Shown here one piece after another: positions 9,652 to 18,026 of a stretch of 56,899 bases of DNA. Location of the stretch: contig JAEDOI010000003.1 in assembly GCA_016302065.1 (NCBI GenBank), positions 1-56,899 of the forward strand. Direction: 5' to 3'. The translations under genes and the position numbers were made by a program. How positions within the stretch are numbered: the first letter of the stretch is position 1; the number at the start of each line of letters is the position of its first letter. The notes under the pieces were generated by a model that saw only the letters and a list, made by a program, of their open reading frames with translations, did not search any database and had not been told where the DNA came from. The stretch comes from Bacilli bacterium (GTDB lineage: Bacteria; Bacillota_I; Bacilli_A; RFN20; CAG-826).

Positions 9652-10185
9652 ATGAAAAATATTGTAATCATTAATAGTTCACCAAGAAAAGATGGAAACA
9701 GCGAAATTTTAGCAAAATCTTTTGCTGATGGAGCAAAAGAAGCTGGAAATAATGTTGAATTTATTAACTTAAGAGATAAACGTATCAATTATTGCAGAGG
9801 TTGTTATGCTTGTAGACAACTTGGAAAATGTTTCCAAGACGATGATATGAATGATATAGTTAAAAAAATTGTAAAAGCAGATGTTATTTTATTTTCTACA
9901 CCAGTTTATTTTTATACGATGAATGGTCAAATGAAAGTATTCATCGATAGATGTGTACAAAAATATACGAAAATTCATGCTGATATTTATATTTTTGTTA
10001 GTGGTGGAGATACCGAAAAGAGTCATTTGAAACTTGCTGTTGAAAGTATTAGAGGCTTAACAAGAGATTGTTTTGAAGGGTGTGAAGAAAAAGGATGTAT
10101 TATATCAAGTGGTGTAACCGAAATGGGTGATGTTTCGAATAAAGAGGTTATGACTGAAGCATTCTATATGGGTAAAAACGCTTAA
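9652..10185 (+). CDS. flavodoxin-like FMN reductase / iron-sulfur flavoprotein
   Basis: MKNIVIINSSPRKDGNS plus a CRGCYACRQLGKC cysteine motif. The ATG at 9652 follows a GAAAGAGG SD. The tracked ORF opens at GTG 9610. Confidence 0.75.
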   Translation: MKNIVIINSSPRKDGNSEILAKSFADGAKEAGNNVEFINLRDKRINYCRGCYACRQLGKCFQDDDMNDIVKKIVKADVILFSTPVYFYTMNGQMKVFIDRCVQKYTKIHADIYIFVSGGDTEKSHLKLAVESIRGLTRDCFEGCEEKGCIISSGVTEMGDVSNKEVMTEAFYMGKNA

Positions 10186-10202
10186 TAACTTGAGGAACTT
10201 TT

Positions 10203-10880
10203 ATGCCAGATGATTTTAAAGAATTAATTAAATATATTAAAAGTTTAGATGGTTATAAACTTCCAGAATATAAAGATTTGCCTCAAATTCCCTTATATAT
10301 GGAACAAGTTGTTAGTTATGTAAACGATACTTTAAATAATATTTATAAAAATAATGAAAATGTTATTACGCCTTTTATGGTTAATAACTATGTTAAAGCT
10401 AAAATGATTAATGCCCCTAAAAAGAAAAAATATGACACAAATCATGTCGGCTATTTATTAAGCATTGGGTTATTAAAAAATGTTGTTTCAATGAGAGATT
10501 TAGCTGGAATTATTGAAATTGATAAAACATTTACTGATAATAAAGAGCAATTATACGATGTATTTAAAGAAATGCATGATGAAGTTTTAAAAAATCAAGC
10601 TCATAGAGTTAAAGCTCGACTTGATGCAATTGATAGGGGAAAAAATAAGTATAAAAAGAATAAAGATTTAGAAGACAGACTCAATTTAACCTATGTTGCT
10701 TTAAGGCTTTATATTGAATCTGAAACTTCAAAATTAATTGCTGATGCCATTATGAATAAACTTTCAAAAATGGTTTTGCCAAAAGAAGTGTTTAAAGAAT
10801 CTAAAAAAGAAGTTAAATATCAAAATAAGAAACTAGGTAAAGAAGCTAGTAAAATAGGATCGTCGAGGAAAATAAAATGA
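10203..10880 (+). CDS. DUF1836 domain protein
   Basis: LPQIPLYMEQVVSYV...ITPFMVNNYVK...KKKKYD pattern is typical of DUF1836. Confidence 0.6.
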   Translation: MPDDFKELIKYIKSLDGYKLPEYKDLPQIPLYMEQVVSYVNDTLNNIYKNNENVITPFMVNNYVKAKMINAPKKKKYDTNHVGYLLSIGLLKNVVSMRDLAGIIEIDKTFTDNKEQLYDVFKEMHDEVLKNQAHRVKARLDAIDRGKNKYKKNKDLEDRLNLTYVALRLYIESETSKLIADAIMNKLSKMVLPKEVFKESKKEVKYQNKKLGKEASKIGSSRKIK

Positions 10881-11893
10881 AAGTATTAGTTACTGGTGGA
10901 CTTGGATTTATTGGTTCACATACTGTTGTTCAATTATTAGAAAATGGAATGGAAATCGTTATTGTTGATAATCTTTATAATTCTAAAATTGATGTTCTTG
11001 ATAGAATTGAAGAAATTACACATATTAAACCTAAGTTTTATAATGAGGATGTTACAAACTTGGATGGTATGGATAAGATTTTTAAAGAAGAAAAATTTGA
11101 TGCTATAATTCATTTTGCTGGATATAAAGCAGTTGGCGAGTCCTGTGTAAAACCATTAATGTATTATAGAAATAATTTGGATTCTACATTAACTTTACTT
11201 GAATTAATGGAAAAATATCATGTAAATAATATGGTTTTTTCTTCTTCTGCAACAATTTATGGTCTTCCTGATAGTGTTCCACTTACTGAAAGTTCACCAA
11301 GAAAAGAAGCAACTTCTCCATATGGAGAAACTAAAGTTATGATTGAAAGAATCTTAGAAGATGTTAGTAAAGTTCATAAAGAATTCAACATCGCAATTTT
11401 AAGATATTTTAATCCAATAGGAGCTCATAAATCTCATCTTTTGGGTGAAGATCCTAATGGTTTGCCAAATAATTTATTACCATATATTAATAAAGTTGCT
11501 GTTGGTTTATTGCCTTTTGTAAATGTGTATGGTGATGATTATGATACAGTTGATGGTACTGGAGTAAGAGATTATATTCATGTTGTTGATTTAGCAAAAG
11601 GTCACTTACTTGCTTTAAATAAACTTCAAAAAAATTGTGGATTATTTATTTGTAATTTAGGAACTGGAAAAGGAACATCTGTTCTTGAAATAATTCATGA
11701 TTTTGAAATTGCTACAGGAGTTAAGATCCCTTATAAAATAGGACCAAGACGTCCAGGAGATATTGCTACAAACTTTGCTTCGACTGATTTAGCTAAAAAA
11801 GAGCTAGGATTTACATGTGATTTTACTGTTTTAGATGCGTGTAAAGATGGATATGAATTTCAATTAGCTGAAGAAAAAAGAAGAGCAAAATAA
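10877..11893 (+). CDS. galE: UDP-glucose 4-epimerase
   Basis: VLVTGGLGFIGSH Rossmann motif, SSSATIYG, YGETK catalytic motif. 338 aa. Confidence 0.9.
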   Translation: MKVLVTGGLGFIGSHTVVQLLENGMEIVIVDNLYNSKIDVLDRIEEITHIKPKFYNEDVTNLDGMDKIFKEEKFDAIIHFAGYKAVGESCVKPLMYYRNNLDSTLTLLELMEKYHVNNMVFSSSATIYGLPDSVPLTESSPRKEATSPYGETKVMIERILEDVSKVHKEFNIAILRYFNPIGAHKSHLLGEDPNGLPNNLLPYINKVAVGLLPFVNVYGDDYDTVDGTGVRDYIHVVDLAKGHLLALNKLQKNCGLFICNLGTGKGTSVLEIIHDFEIATGVKIPYKIGPRRPGDIATNFASTDLAKKELGFTCDFTVLDACKDGYEFQLAEEKRRAK

Positions 11894-11897
11894 CATT

Positions 11898-11973
11898 TGG
11901 AGCGTAGACAAGTGGTAAAGTCATAGGTCTCTGAAACCTACATACGATGGTTCGAATCCATCCGCTCCAGCCA
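11898..11973 (+). tRNA. tRNA-Gln (anticodon CUG)
   Basis: Folds as a cloverleaf: acceptor TGGAGCG/CGCTCCA (U1:A72), G73, 3-bp D stem, anticodon stem TAGGT/ACCTA with loop CTCTGAA, T arm GATGG-TTCGAAT-CCATC, encoded CCA. Confidence 0.85.
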
Positions 11974-11988
11974 AAAATGTTAACTAAT

Positions 11989-12021
11989 AACTTCAACATG
12001 TTTATGTTGAAGTTTTTGTTT
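11989..12021 (+). terminator. Rho-independent terminator after tRNA-Gln
   Basis: 11-bp stem AACTTCAACAT/ATGTTGAAGTT, GTTT loop, T-rich tail. Confidence 0.85.
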
Positions 12022-12050
12022 GTAAGAAATGTAAAGCAAAATATATAGAA

Positions 12051-13874
12051 ATGAAACAATTTAAAGTATATAATACTTTAAGTATGAATTTATCAAATGT
12101 CTTTATAGGTTTAACAGAGAATCATAAATTAGGATTAGCAATCTTAATTATTGTGTTTTTATTTTCCATGGTAGTTTTTGCTATTATTTATGGTGTTTTA
12201 TTAAGAAAAAAGAATTTGATGACTGAAAAGAAACGCCTCGAGAATTCTAATATTTTTTGTAATTGTATTTTAAATTTAAGAACACAAACTGTTAAAATCA
12301 TTAAATTAAATAACTTAGATGATATTCAAACAATCCCTTTTTTGGACTTTTTAACTAATTTTTCTGTAAAAGAGCAAAATGATTTGAAATTATGGTTTGA
12401 GTCTTTAGTAGTTGAAAAAGATCCTTGTGAGAATAAGAAAGTTTTTTTAGCAACAGAAGTTATTTACTCAACAAATAAGAAAAACATTAAATATGAAAAA
12501 ACTACTTTGACTGTTAATCAAATTGATAGAGCTGCAAATGTCATATATTTTATAAAAGAGCCTCAAAAATACATTCCTTGTCAAATAAAAAATAAGAAGT
12601 TATTAAAAAACAAAAGAAATAACGAGATTTTTTTAAATTATAGTCAAATAAAAACCTTGTTTGAGTCAAACGAATTAAAGAAGGGATCTTGTTATTTTAT
12701 TAAGCTTATTAGTAAAAATGATACTTTTTGTTCATTTAACGAAAAGTATATTTTTTATAAAATTATGAATAATTTCTTCAAATATTATGAAGAAAGCAAC
12801 ATTTATGTCTTGTTTAATGAAGAAAACCCCTTAGATATTTTAATTTTTGATTCTAAAGGTTATACCGAATATCAATTAGCAAATAGAGTTGCTAATATTT
12901 ATAACAAAATTCAAAGAATGTGTGACGTTGATGGCTTTTCGAGATTTTTCTCAATAGTTGCAATTTCTACAAAGTGCGAGGATTTGCCACACGAATTTGA
13001 TAAGTCTTATGGTTTAATTAATAAATATTGTTCAAGTATGATTGAAGAAAAGAAATGTGTTGAATATTTAAATGCTAAATCTAATGATTTTAAAGCATTG
13101 CAAGACACATATAGCAACGAAGTTTCCTACATAATTAATAATGGTTTGGTTAATATTTATTTTGACCCTGTTATTAAAATTACTCCAAAAAGAGTAACAA
13201 TTTTTGGCTATAATTATACTCCTATTTTATCAGGGGATTCTAAATTTGTTGATTTTGAAGAATTTAAAAAATATGCTAATAAATTTGATTATCGTAAAGA
13301 ATGCTATAGTTTTGTAATTAGAAAAACCATTAGCAATTTTATTAATCAAAAAAATAATGCATCATATAGGTTATTTTCACTAATTGATCTTCAAGACGTT
13401 CCTTATGCAAATAGGTTATTTCCTCATATAAGCGATTTAAAAGATTGTAACTTAATTCTTACATTTAAAAATAATGAATTTATTGATAACGAAAACGATG
13501 AGGAGTATATTCACGTTATTAAAAATGCTCAAACAAAAGGATATGATTGTGCTCTTTATAGAAATATTAATGACTATGATCTAAAAGAATCAACATATAA
13601 ATTATTTAATTATTTCTTGTTTAATCTAGAAAACTATAAAGAATTAAAATCTAACAGTAGAGAATTTGTTAAAGTTCATTGTTTATTAGAAAAATTTGTT
13701 AAATTTAATAAACCAATTATATGTGTAAATGTTTATAATTGGGCAGTGATGGAACTTTTAATAAAATGTGGAATCACTTATTTTTCAAGCCCGAATGTGT
13801 TCTCATCATCGACGCTTTTATCGCCGTTAGATAAAAAAACATTAAGAAAATTTAATAGTATTGTAAAGGAGTAA
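12051..13874 (+). CDS. membrane-anchored protein; by-eye reading is tandem degenerate GGDEF-like and EAL-like domains
   Basis: 607 aa with one N-terminal TM (LAILIIVFLFSMVVFAIIYGVLL). The C-terminal ~250 aa are collinear with the EAL-domain layout but lack the catalytic residues (details in findings). The start is uncertain (alternative ATG at 12084). Confidence 0.45.
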   Translation: MKQFKVYNTLSMNLSNVFIGLTENHKLGLAILIIVFLFSMVVFAIIYGVLLRKKNLMTEKKRLENSNIFCNCILNLRTQTVKIIKLNNLDDIQTIPFLDFLTNFSVKEQNDLKLWFESLVVEKDPCENKKVFLATEVIYSTNKKNIKYEKTTLTVNQIDRAANVIYFIKEPQKYIPCQIKNKKLLKNKRNNEIFLNYSQIKTLFESNELKKGSCYFIKLISKNDTFCSFNEKYIFYKIMNNFFKYYEESNIYVLFNEENPLDILIFDSKGYTEYQLANRVANIYNKIQRMCDVDGFSRFFSIVAISTKCEDLPHEFDKSYGLINKYCSSMIEEKKCVEYLNAKSNDFKALQDTYSNEVSYIINNGLVNIYFDPVIKITPKRVTIFGYNYTPILSGDSKFVDFEEFKKYANKFDYRKECYSFVIRKTISNFINQKNNASYRLFSLIDLQDVPYANRLFPHISDLKDCNLILTFKNNEFIDNENDEEYIHVIKNAQTKGYDCALYRNINDYDLKESTYKLFNYFLFNLENYKELKSNSREFVKVHCLLEKFVKFNKPIICVNVYNWAVMELLIKCGITYFSSPNVFSSSTLLSPLDKKTLRKFNSIVKE

Positions 13875-13878
13875 AAAA

Positions 13879-15306
13879 ATGGATATTAAAAATAAATCAA
13901 TTACATCAAGAGATGAAGATTTCGCTCAATGGTATACCGATGTTTGTAAAAAAGCTGAATTAATGGATTATTCAGAGGTCAAAGGTTTTATTATATATAG
14001 ACCTTATGGATATGCTATTTGGGAACAAATTCAAAATTATTTAAATAAAGAATTTAAAAAGACAGGTCATGAGAATGTTTATCTTCCTTTAGTTATCAAT
14101 GAATCTTTATTTCAAAAAGAAAAAGATCATATTTCAGGATTTGCTCCTGAATGTTTGGTGGCTACTATTGGTGGAACTGAAAAATTAGAAGATAGATTAA
14201 TTATTAGACCTACAAGTGAATGTTTATTCACAGAACATTATAAACACATTATTTCAAGTTATAGAGATTTACCAAAACTTTATAATCAATGGTGTTCGGT
14301 TGTTAGATGGGAAAAAACAACTAGACCATTTTTAAGAGGAAGTGAATTTTTATGGCAAGAAGGACATACAATGCATGCAAGTGAAGAAGAAGCTAGACAT
14401 GAAGCTATTCAAATGCTTGATATTTATGACAAAATGGGAAGAGACCTTTTAGCAATACCATTTGTCAAAGGTAGAAAAACTGAAAAAGAAAAGTTTGCCG
14501 GAGCTAGAGAAACATATTCTATCGAAGCTTTAATGCATGATGGAAAGGCACTTCAATCTGGAACTACACATTATTTTGGTCAAGATTTTGCTAAAGCATT
14601 TGGTGTCCAATATTTAGATAAAGATGGAAAAATTAAAACTCCTCACCAAACAAGTTGGGGAGTTTCAACAAGATTAATTGGATCAATCATTATGGTTCAT
14701 GGAGATGATAATGGACTTGTATTACCTCCTTTTGTTGCTCCAATCCAAACAGTTATTATTCCAATTCAAATGCAAAAAGAAGGCGTTTTAGAAAAAGCAA
14801 GAGAATTAAAAAATCTTTTAGAAAGTAATGATATTCGAGTTAAATTAGATGAAAGCGATAAAACTCCAGGGTGGAAATTTTCTGAATATGAAATGAAAGG
14901 TGTACCTTTAAGAATTGAAGTTGGACCAAGAGATTTACAAAATGGTGTAGTAACTATTTGCAAACGTAATGATGGAAAGAAAGAGACATTAAAGTTTGAT
15001 GATGTTCTTTCTGAAGTGAAACGTTTATTAAAAGTAATTCATGAAGAGATGTATCAAGCGGCAGTTTTAAATTTGAGTAAAAATATTAAAGAAGCACATA
15101 ATTTGGCCGAATTAGAAGCTATAGTTTCAAAAGGCGGTTATGCAAAAGTCATGTGGTGTGGAGAAAGAGCTTGTGAAGATAAAGTTAAAGAAATGTTTAA
15201 TGCAACTTCTAGATGCATGCCATTTGCTCAAGTAAAAATTGATGATAAATGTGCTATTTGTGGAAAGGAAGCTAAATATTTAGTGTTGTTTGCTAAGGCT
15301 TATTAA
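13879..15306 (+). CDS. proS: prolyl-tRNA synthetase (archaeal/eukaryote-like type)
   Basis: FAQWYTDVCKKAELMDYSEVKGFIIYRPYGYAIWE, class II motifs, C-terminal Cys-rich end. 475 aa. Confidence 0.9.
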   Translation: MDIKNKSITSRDEDFAQWYTDVCKKAELMDYSEVKGFIIYRPYGYAIWEQIQNYLNKEFKKTGHENVYLPLVINESLFQKEKDHISGFAPECLVATIGGTEKLEDRLIIRPTSECLFTEHYKHIISSYRDLPKLYNQWCSVVRWEKTTRPFLRGSEFLWQEGHTMHASEEEARHEAIQMLDIYDKMGRDLLAIPFVKGRKTEKEKFAGARETYSIEALMHDGKALQSGTTHYFGQDFAKAFGVQYLDKDGKIKTPHQTSWGVSTRLIGSIIMVHGDDNGLVLPPFVAPIQTVIIPIQMQKEGVLEKARELKNLLESNDIRVKLDESDKTPGWKFSEYEMKGVPLRIEVGPRDLQNGVVTICKRNDGKKETLKFDDVLSEVKRLLKVIHEEMYQAAVLNLSKNIKEAHNLAELEAIVSKGGYAKVMWCGERACEDKVKEMFNATSRCMPFAQVKIDDKCAICGKEAKYLVLFAKAY

Positions 15307-15308
15307 AT

Positions 15309-16253
15309 ATGGGAACAACTGAATTAATATTAGTTATAATTTTTAGTATTATAGGTTGCTTAGGCTTGCTACTTTTAATATTTACAATTGTGATATCTTA
15401 TGTCTTTTTTAAAATAGGATTTAAAAGGAAAAACGTAAATGAATATACTTCAATTATTTACGACGCTCCAAAAGAAATTTATCATTGGTTTGAAAGATGT
15501 TCTTCTTTAGATGTAACTATTAATACATTTGATGGTATAAAATTAACAGCAAAATATGTAAAAAATCCTAATTCCAATCACTTATATTTTTTAACAATTC
15601 ATGGGTACCATGGAATGTTTATTTCTCGTATGCCGATTGCAAAAGCTGTTTTTGACAAATATAATGCAAATGTTATAGCAATTAATCAAAGAGGACATTA
15701 CACAAGCGAAGGAAAATATAATTCTTTAGGATATTTAGAAAGTAAAGATTTACAATATTGGATTAATTACATTATTGAAAATGATAAAGATGCTCGAATT
15801 ATTCTTGATGGAGTTTCAATGGGTGCTACAACTATTATGTATCGATTAAATGAAATTTCATCAACTCATGTTCTTGGTGCAATCTGTGATTGTGGATTTT
15901 ATTCTTTTTATGATGAAATTCTAAAAGATTATAAAAAATTTAATAATGTACTATTCCCATTTTCAAAAGCCTTTTTAAAAATATTTTATAAAATAAGATA
16001 TAAAGTTGATTTAGGAAGCTTAAATTGCTTTAAAGGGTTAAGTGAATCGCAAATTCCAATATTATTAATACATGCTAAAGATGATCCTGTTGTTCCATAT
16101 AGCGACCACGAAAAAGAATGTGAAGTATTTAATAAAAATACAAAAATTAACATTTTACGTTTTGAAGATGGCGGACACGCTCGAACCTTTTATCGTCATA
16201 ATGATGAATATGTAGCTTCATTAACAAAATTTATTAATGAAATTATAAAATAA
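15309..16253 (+). CDS. membrane-anchored alpha/beta hydrolase (serine hydrolase)
   Basis: N-terminal TM, GVSMGA nucleophile elbow, HAKDDPVVP and GGHA triad candidates. Confidence 0.7.
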   Translation: MGTTELILVIIFSIIGCLGLLLLIFTIVISYVFFKIGFKRKNVNEYTSIIYDAPKEIYHWFERCSSLDVTINTFDGIKLTAKYVKNPNSNHLYFLTIHGYHGMFISRMPIAKAVFDKYNANVIAINQRGHYTSEGKYNSLGYLESKDLQYWINYIIENDKDARIILDGVSMGATTIMYRLNEISSTHVLGAICDCGFYSFYDEILKDYKKFNNVLFPFSKAFLKIFYKIRYKVDLGSLNCFKGLSESQIPILLIHAKDDPVVPYSDHEKECEVFNKNTKINILRFEDGGHARTFYRHNDEYVASLTKFINEIIK

Positions 16254-16265
16254 TGGAGAAAAACT

Positions 16266-18014
16266 ATGAAATTTAAAAACACTTTATTATTAATTTTACC
16301 TTTATTGTTGCTTAATGTTTCAAGTTGTAATAATAATTCAATTGATGAAGACGTTTTGACTGCCAAAAAATTGGTTGTTCAAGCGGATGATGTTATAAGT
16401 TATATTCCTTTAAATAGTGAATATTTACCAGGAGAAAGTGTTACTTTCCAAATTACAAGTTCAAAATTATCAACACAAGAATTTAAAGTGTATCTTAATG
16501 ATGAAGAATTAGTAGGATTAACTGATACTACCTATATTTTTACAATGCCATCAAAAGATTCTATTTTAAAAGCAGAATTAAGAAATATAACGAAGAAAGT
16601 TGAAATTATTGAAACTGGATTTTTTGTTGTAGATTTAAAAGATAATAAGAATGTTTATGATGTTAATACTGATGTATTTTTTAATGTCTCTGTCGCTTTA
16701 AATTATACTGATGATATTTCATTAAAGGGTGTAGAAGTTTATTATTTAGTTGATAATGAGATAAATAATGTTGAGCTTTCTATAAGTAGCGCAAGAGATT
16801 ATAAATATAGTTTTGTTATGCCAAAATATGATGTATTTATCAAACCAATTTATGAAAATATACCTAAATATACTGTATCTTTAAAAGAAACCAGCAATAT
16901 TAAAATTAATTTAAGTGAAAATAAAACAAGTTATAAAGAGTTTGATAAAGTTGTCTTTACATTAGATATTAGAAATGGTGCTATTTTAAAAAATGTTATT
17001 GTAAAAGACGAAGATGGTTCAACATTACCTCTCTTATTTGAGAATAATGAATATTCCTTCTTCATAGGAAATAAAAATGTAACAATTGAAGTTTTTGAAA
17101 GATCAAATATTCTTTATACAGTTTCTTCAATAATTAAGCCAAAGTATGGAAAAGCTACATTTATTGATAATAAAAATGAATTTTATGAAGGTGATGTTGT
17201 TTCGTTTAAAATAACGCCTAATGAAGGTTATATAGTTTCTAGTTGTTCTTTATATAATCTTAGTTTAGAAAGTGTTGCTACAACTGTTAAATATAATAAA
17301 GAAACAGACATTTATTCATTTACAATGGTTGATGAAGACCTTTATATTGATGCGTTATTTAACTCAATATATAAAATTACTATACAAGGTCCTTCCTCTT
17401 TAACTTTAAGTTATTTACATGAAAAAGAGTATTATGTTGGAGGAGAAACGGTTGAATTTAAAGTTTCAAGTAACGATTTAACCATAGCGCTAGATTCATT
17501 AACAATTACCTATAATAATGGAAACAGCAATTTAAATATAGAATATGAAGTAACAAATGATGTATACTCTTTCTTAATGCCTTCTTATAATGTAACGATT
17601 ACATTAAAGGAAAGGGTAGTTAGTGGTCCTTCAAGTAATCCATTTAATGATGTAAGTAAGTTTCAAGCAACAATTACTGAAACGTATTACGATGAATGGG
17701 ACGATTATTATACAACTACGTTAACTTATAGATTAACATTTGACTTTAATGGGGATGGCACATTTAATTATACGGCTTACTATGTAGAAGGAAAGGAAAC
17801 AAAGAAAGTGTTTGATCATTATTCATTTACATTTGATGAAGAAACATTGAATTTAAATATGGCTATGGGATTCTCTCAAGATGTTAAAAAAGATTATTTC
17901 AAAGCGATAAAAGATAGTGATGGAAATATAAGTAGTTTTAAAGCATTAATCGATATTGATCCACACAATGGTTTATATACGATAAAAGCTAATACAATTT
18001 TTAAAAAAATTTAA
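16266..18014 (+). CDS. lipoprotein with five tandem ~85-aa beta-rich repeats
   Basis: Signal peptide with lipobox VSSC (Cys21). Repeat-ending motif Y-[ST/I]-F-x-M-P-x-x-[DN]-V at aa 90, 181, 263, 350 and 434. Confidence 0.75.
   Translation: MKFKNTLLLILPLLLLNVSSCNNNSIDEDVLTAKKLVVQADDVISYIPLNSEYLPGESVTFQITSSKLSTQEFKVYLNDEELVGLTDTTYIFTMPSKDSILKAELRNITKKVEIIETGFFVVDLKDNKNVYDVNTDVFFNVSVALNYTDDISLKGVEVYYLVDNEINNVELSISSARDYKYSFVMPKYDVFIKPIYENIPKYTVSLKETSNIKINLSENKTSYKEFDKVVFTLDIRNGAILKNVIVKDEDGSTLPLLFENNEYSFFIGNKNVTIEVFERSNILYTVSSIIKPKYGKATFIDNKNEFYEGDVVSFKITPNEGYIVSSCSLYNLSLESVATTVKYNKETDIYSFTMVDEDLYIDALFNSIYKITIQGPSSLTLSYLHEKEYYVGGETVEFKVSSNDLTIALDSLTITYNNGNSNLNIEYEVTNDVYSFLMPSYNVTITLKERVVSGPSSNPFNDVSKFQATITETYYDEWDDYYTTTLTYRLTFDFNGDGTFNYTAYYVEGKETKKVFDHYSFTFDEETLNLNMAMGFSQDVKKDYFKAIKDSDGNISSFKALIDIDPHNGLYTIKANTIFKKI
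16362..17615 (+). repeat. Five tandem divergent protein-coding repeats (~250-270 nt each) inside the lipoprotein gene
   Basis: Periodic YIFTMPSKDS / YSFVMPKYDV / YSFFIGNKNV / YSFTMVDEDL / YSFLMPSYNV motifs spaced 82-91 aa apart. Confidence 0.65.
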
Positions 18015-18026
18015 GGAGAAATATAT

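Noticed and set aside
12042-12053. Leaderless start for the 607-aa gene from TTGTAA-16-TATATA
   Set aside because: The -10 ends only 3 nt before the ATG at 12051, which is too close for that ATG to be +1. The true start and promoter remain unresolved (alternative ATG at 12084).
11823-12059. 78-aa minus-strand ORF
   Set aside because: It runs antisense through tRNA-Gln and its terminator and overlaps the galE 3' end. No SD. Spurious.
14766-14963. 65-aa minus-strand ORF inside proS
   Set aside because: Antisense to a highly conserved aaRS gene. Spurious.
11898-16253. Genomic island integrated at tRNA-Gln
   Set aside because: No integrase and no direct repeat of the tRNA 3' end that I could find. 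Essential proS lies within the downstream block.
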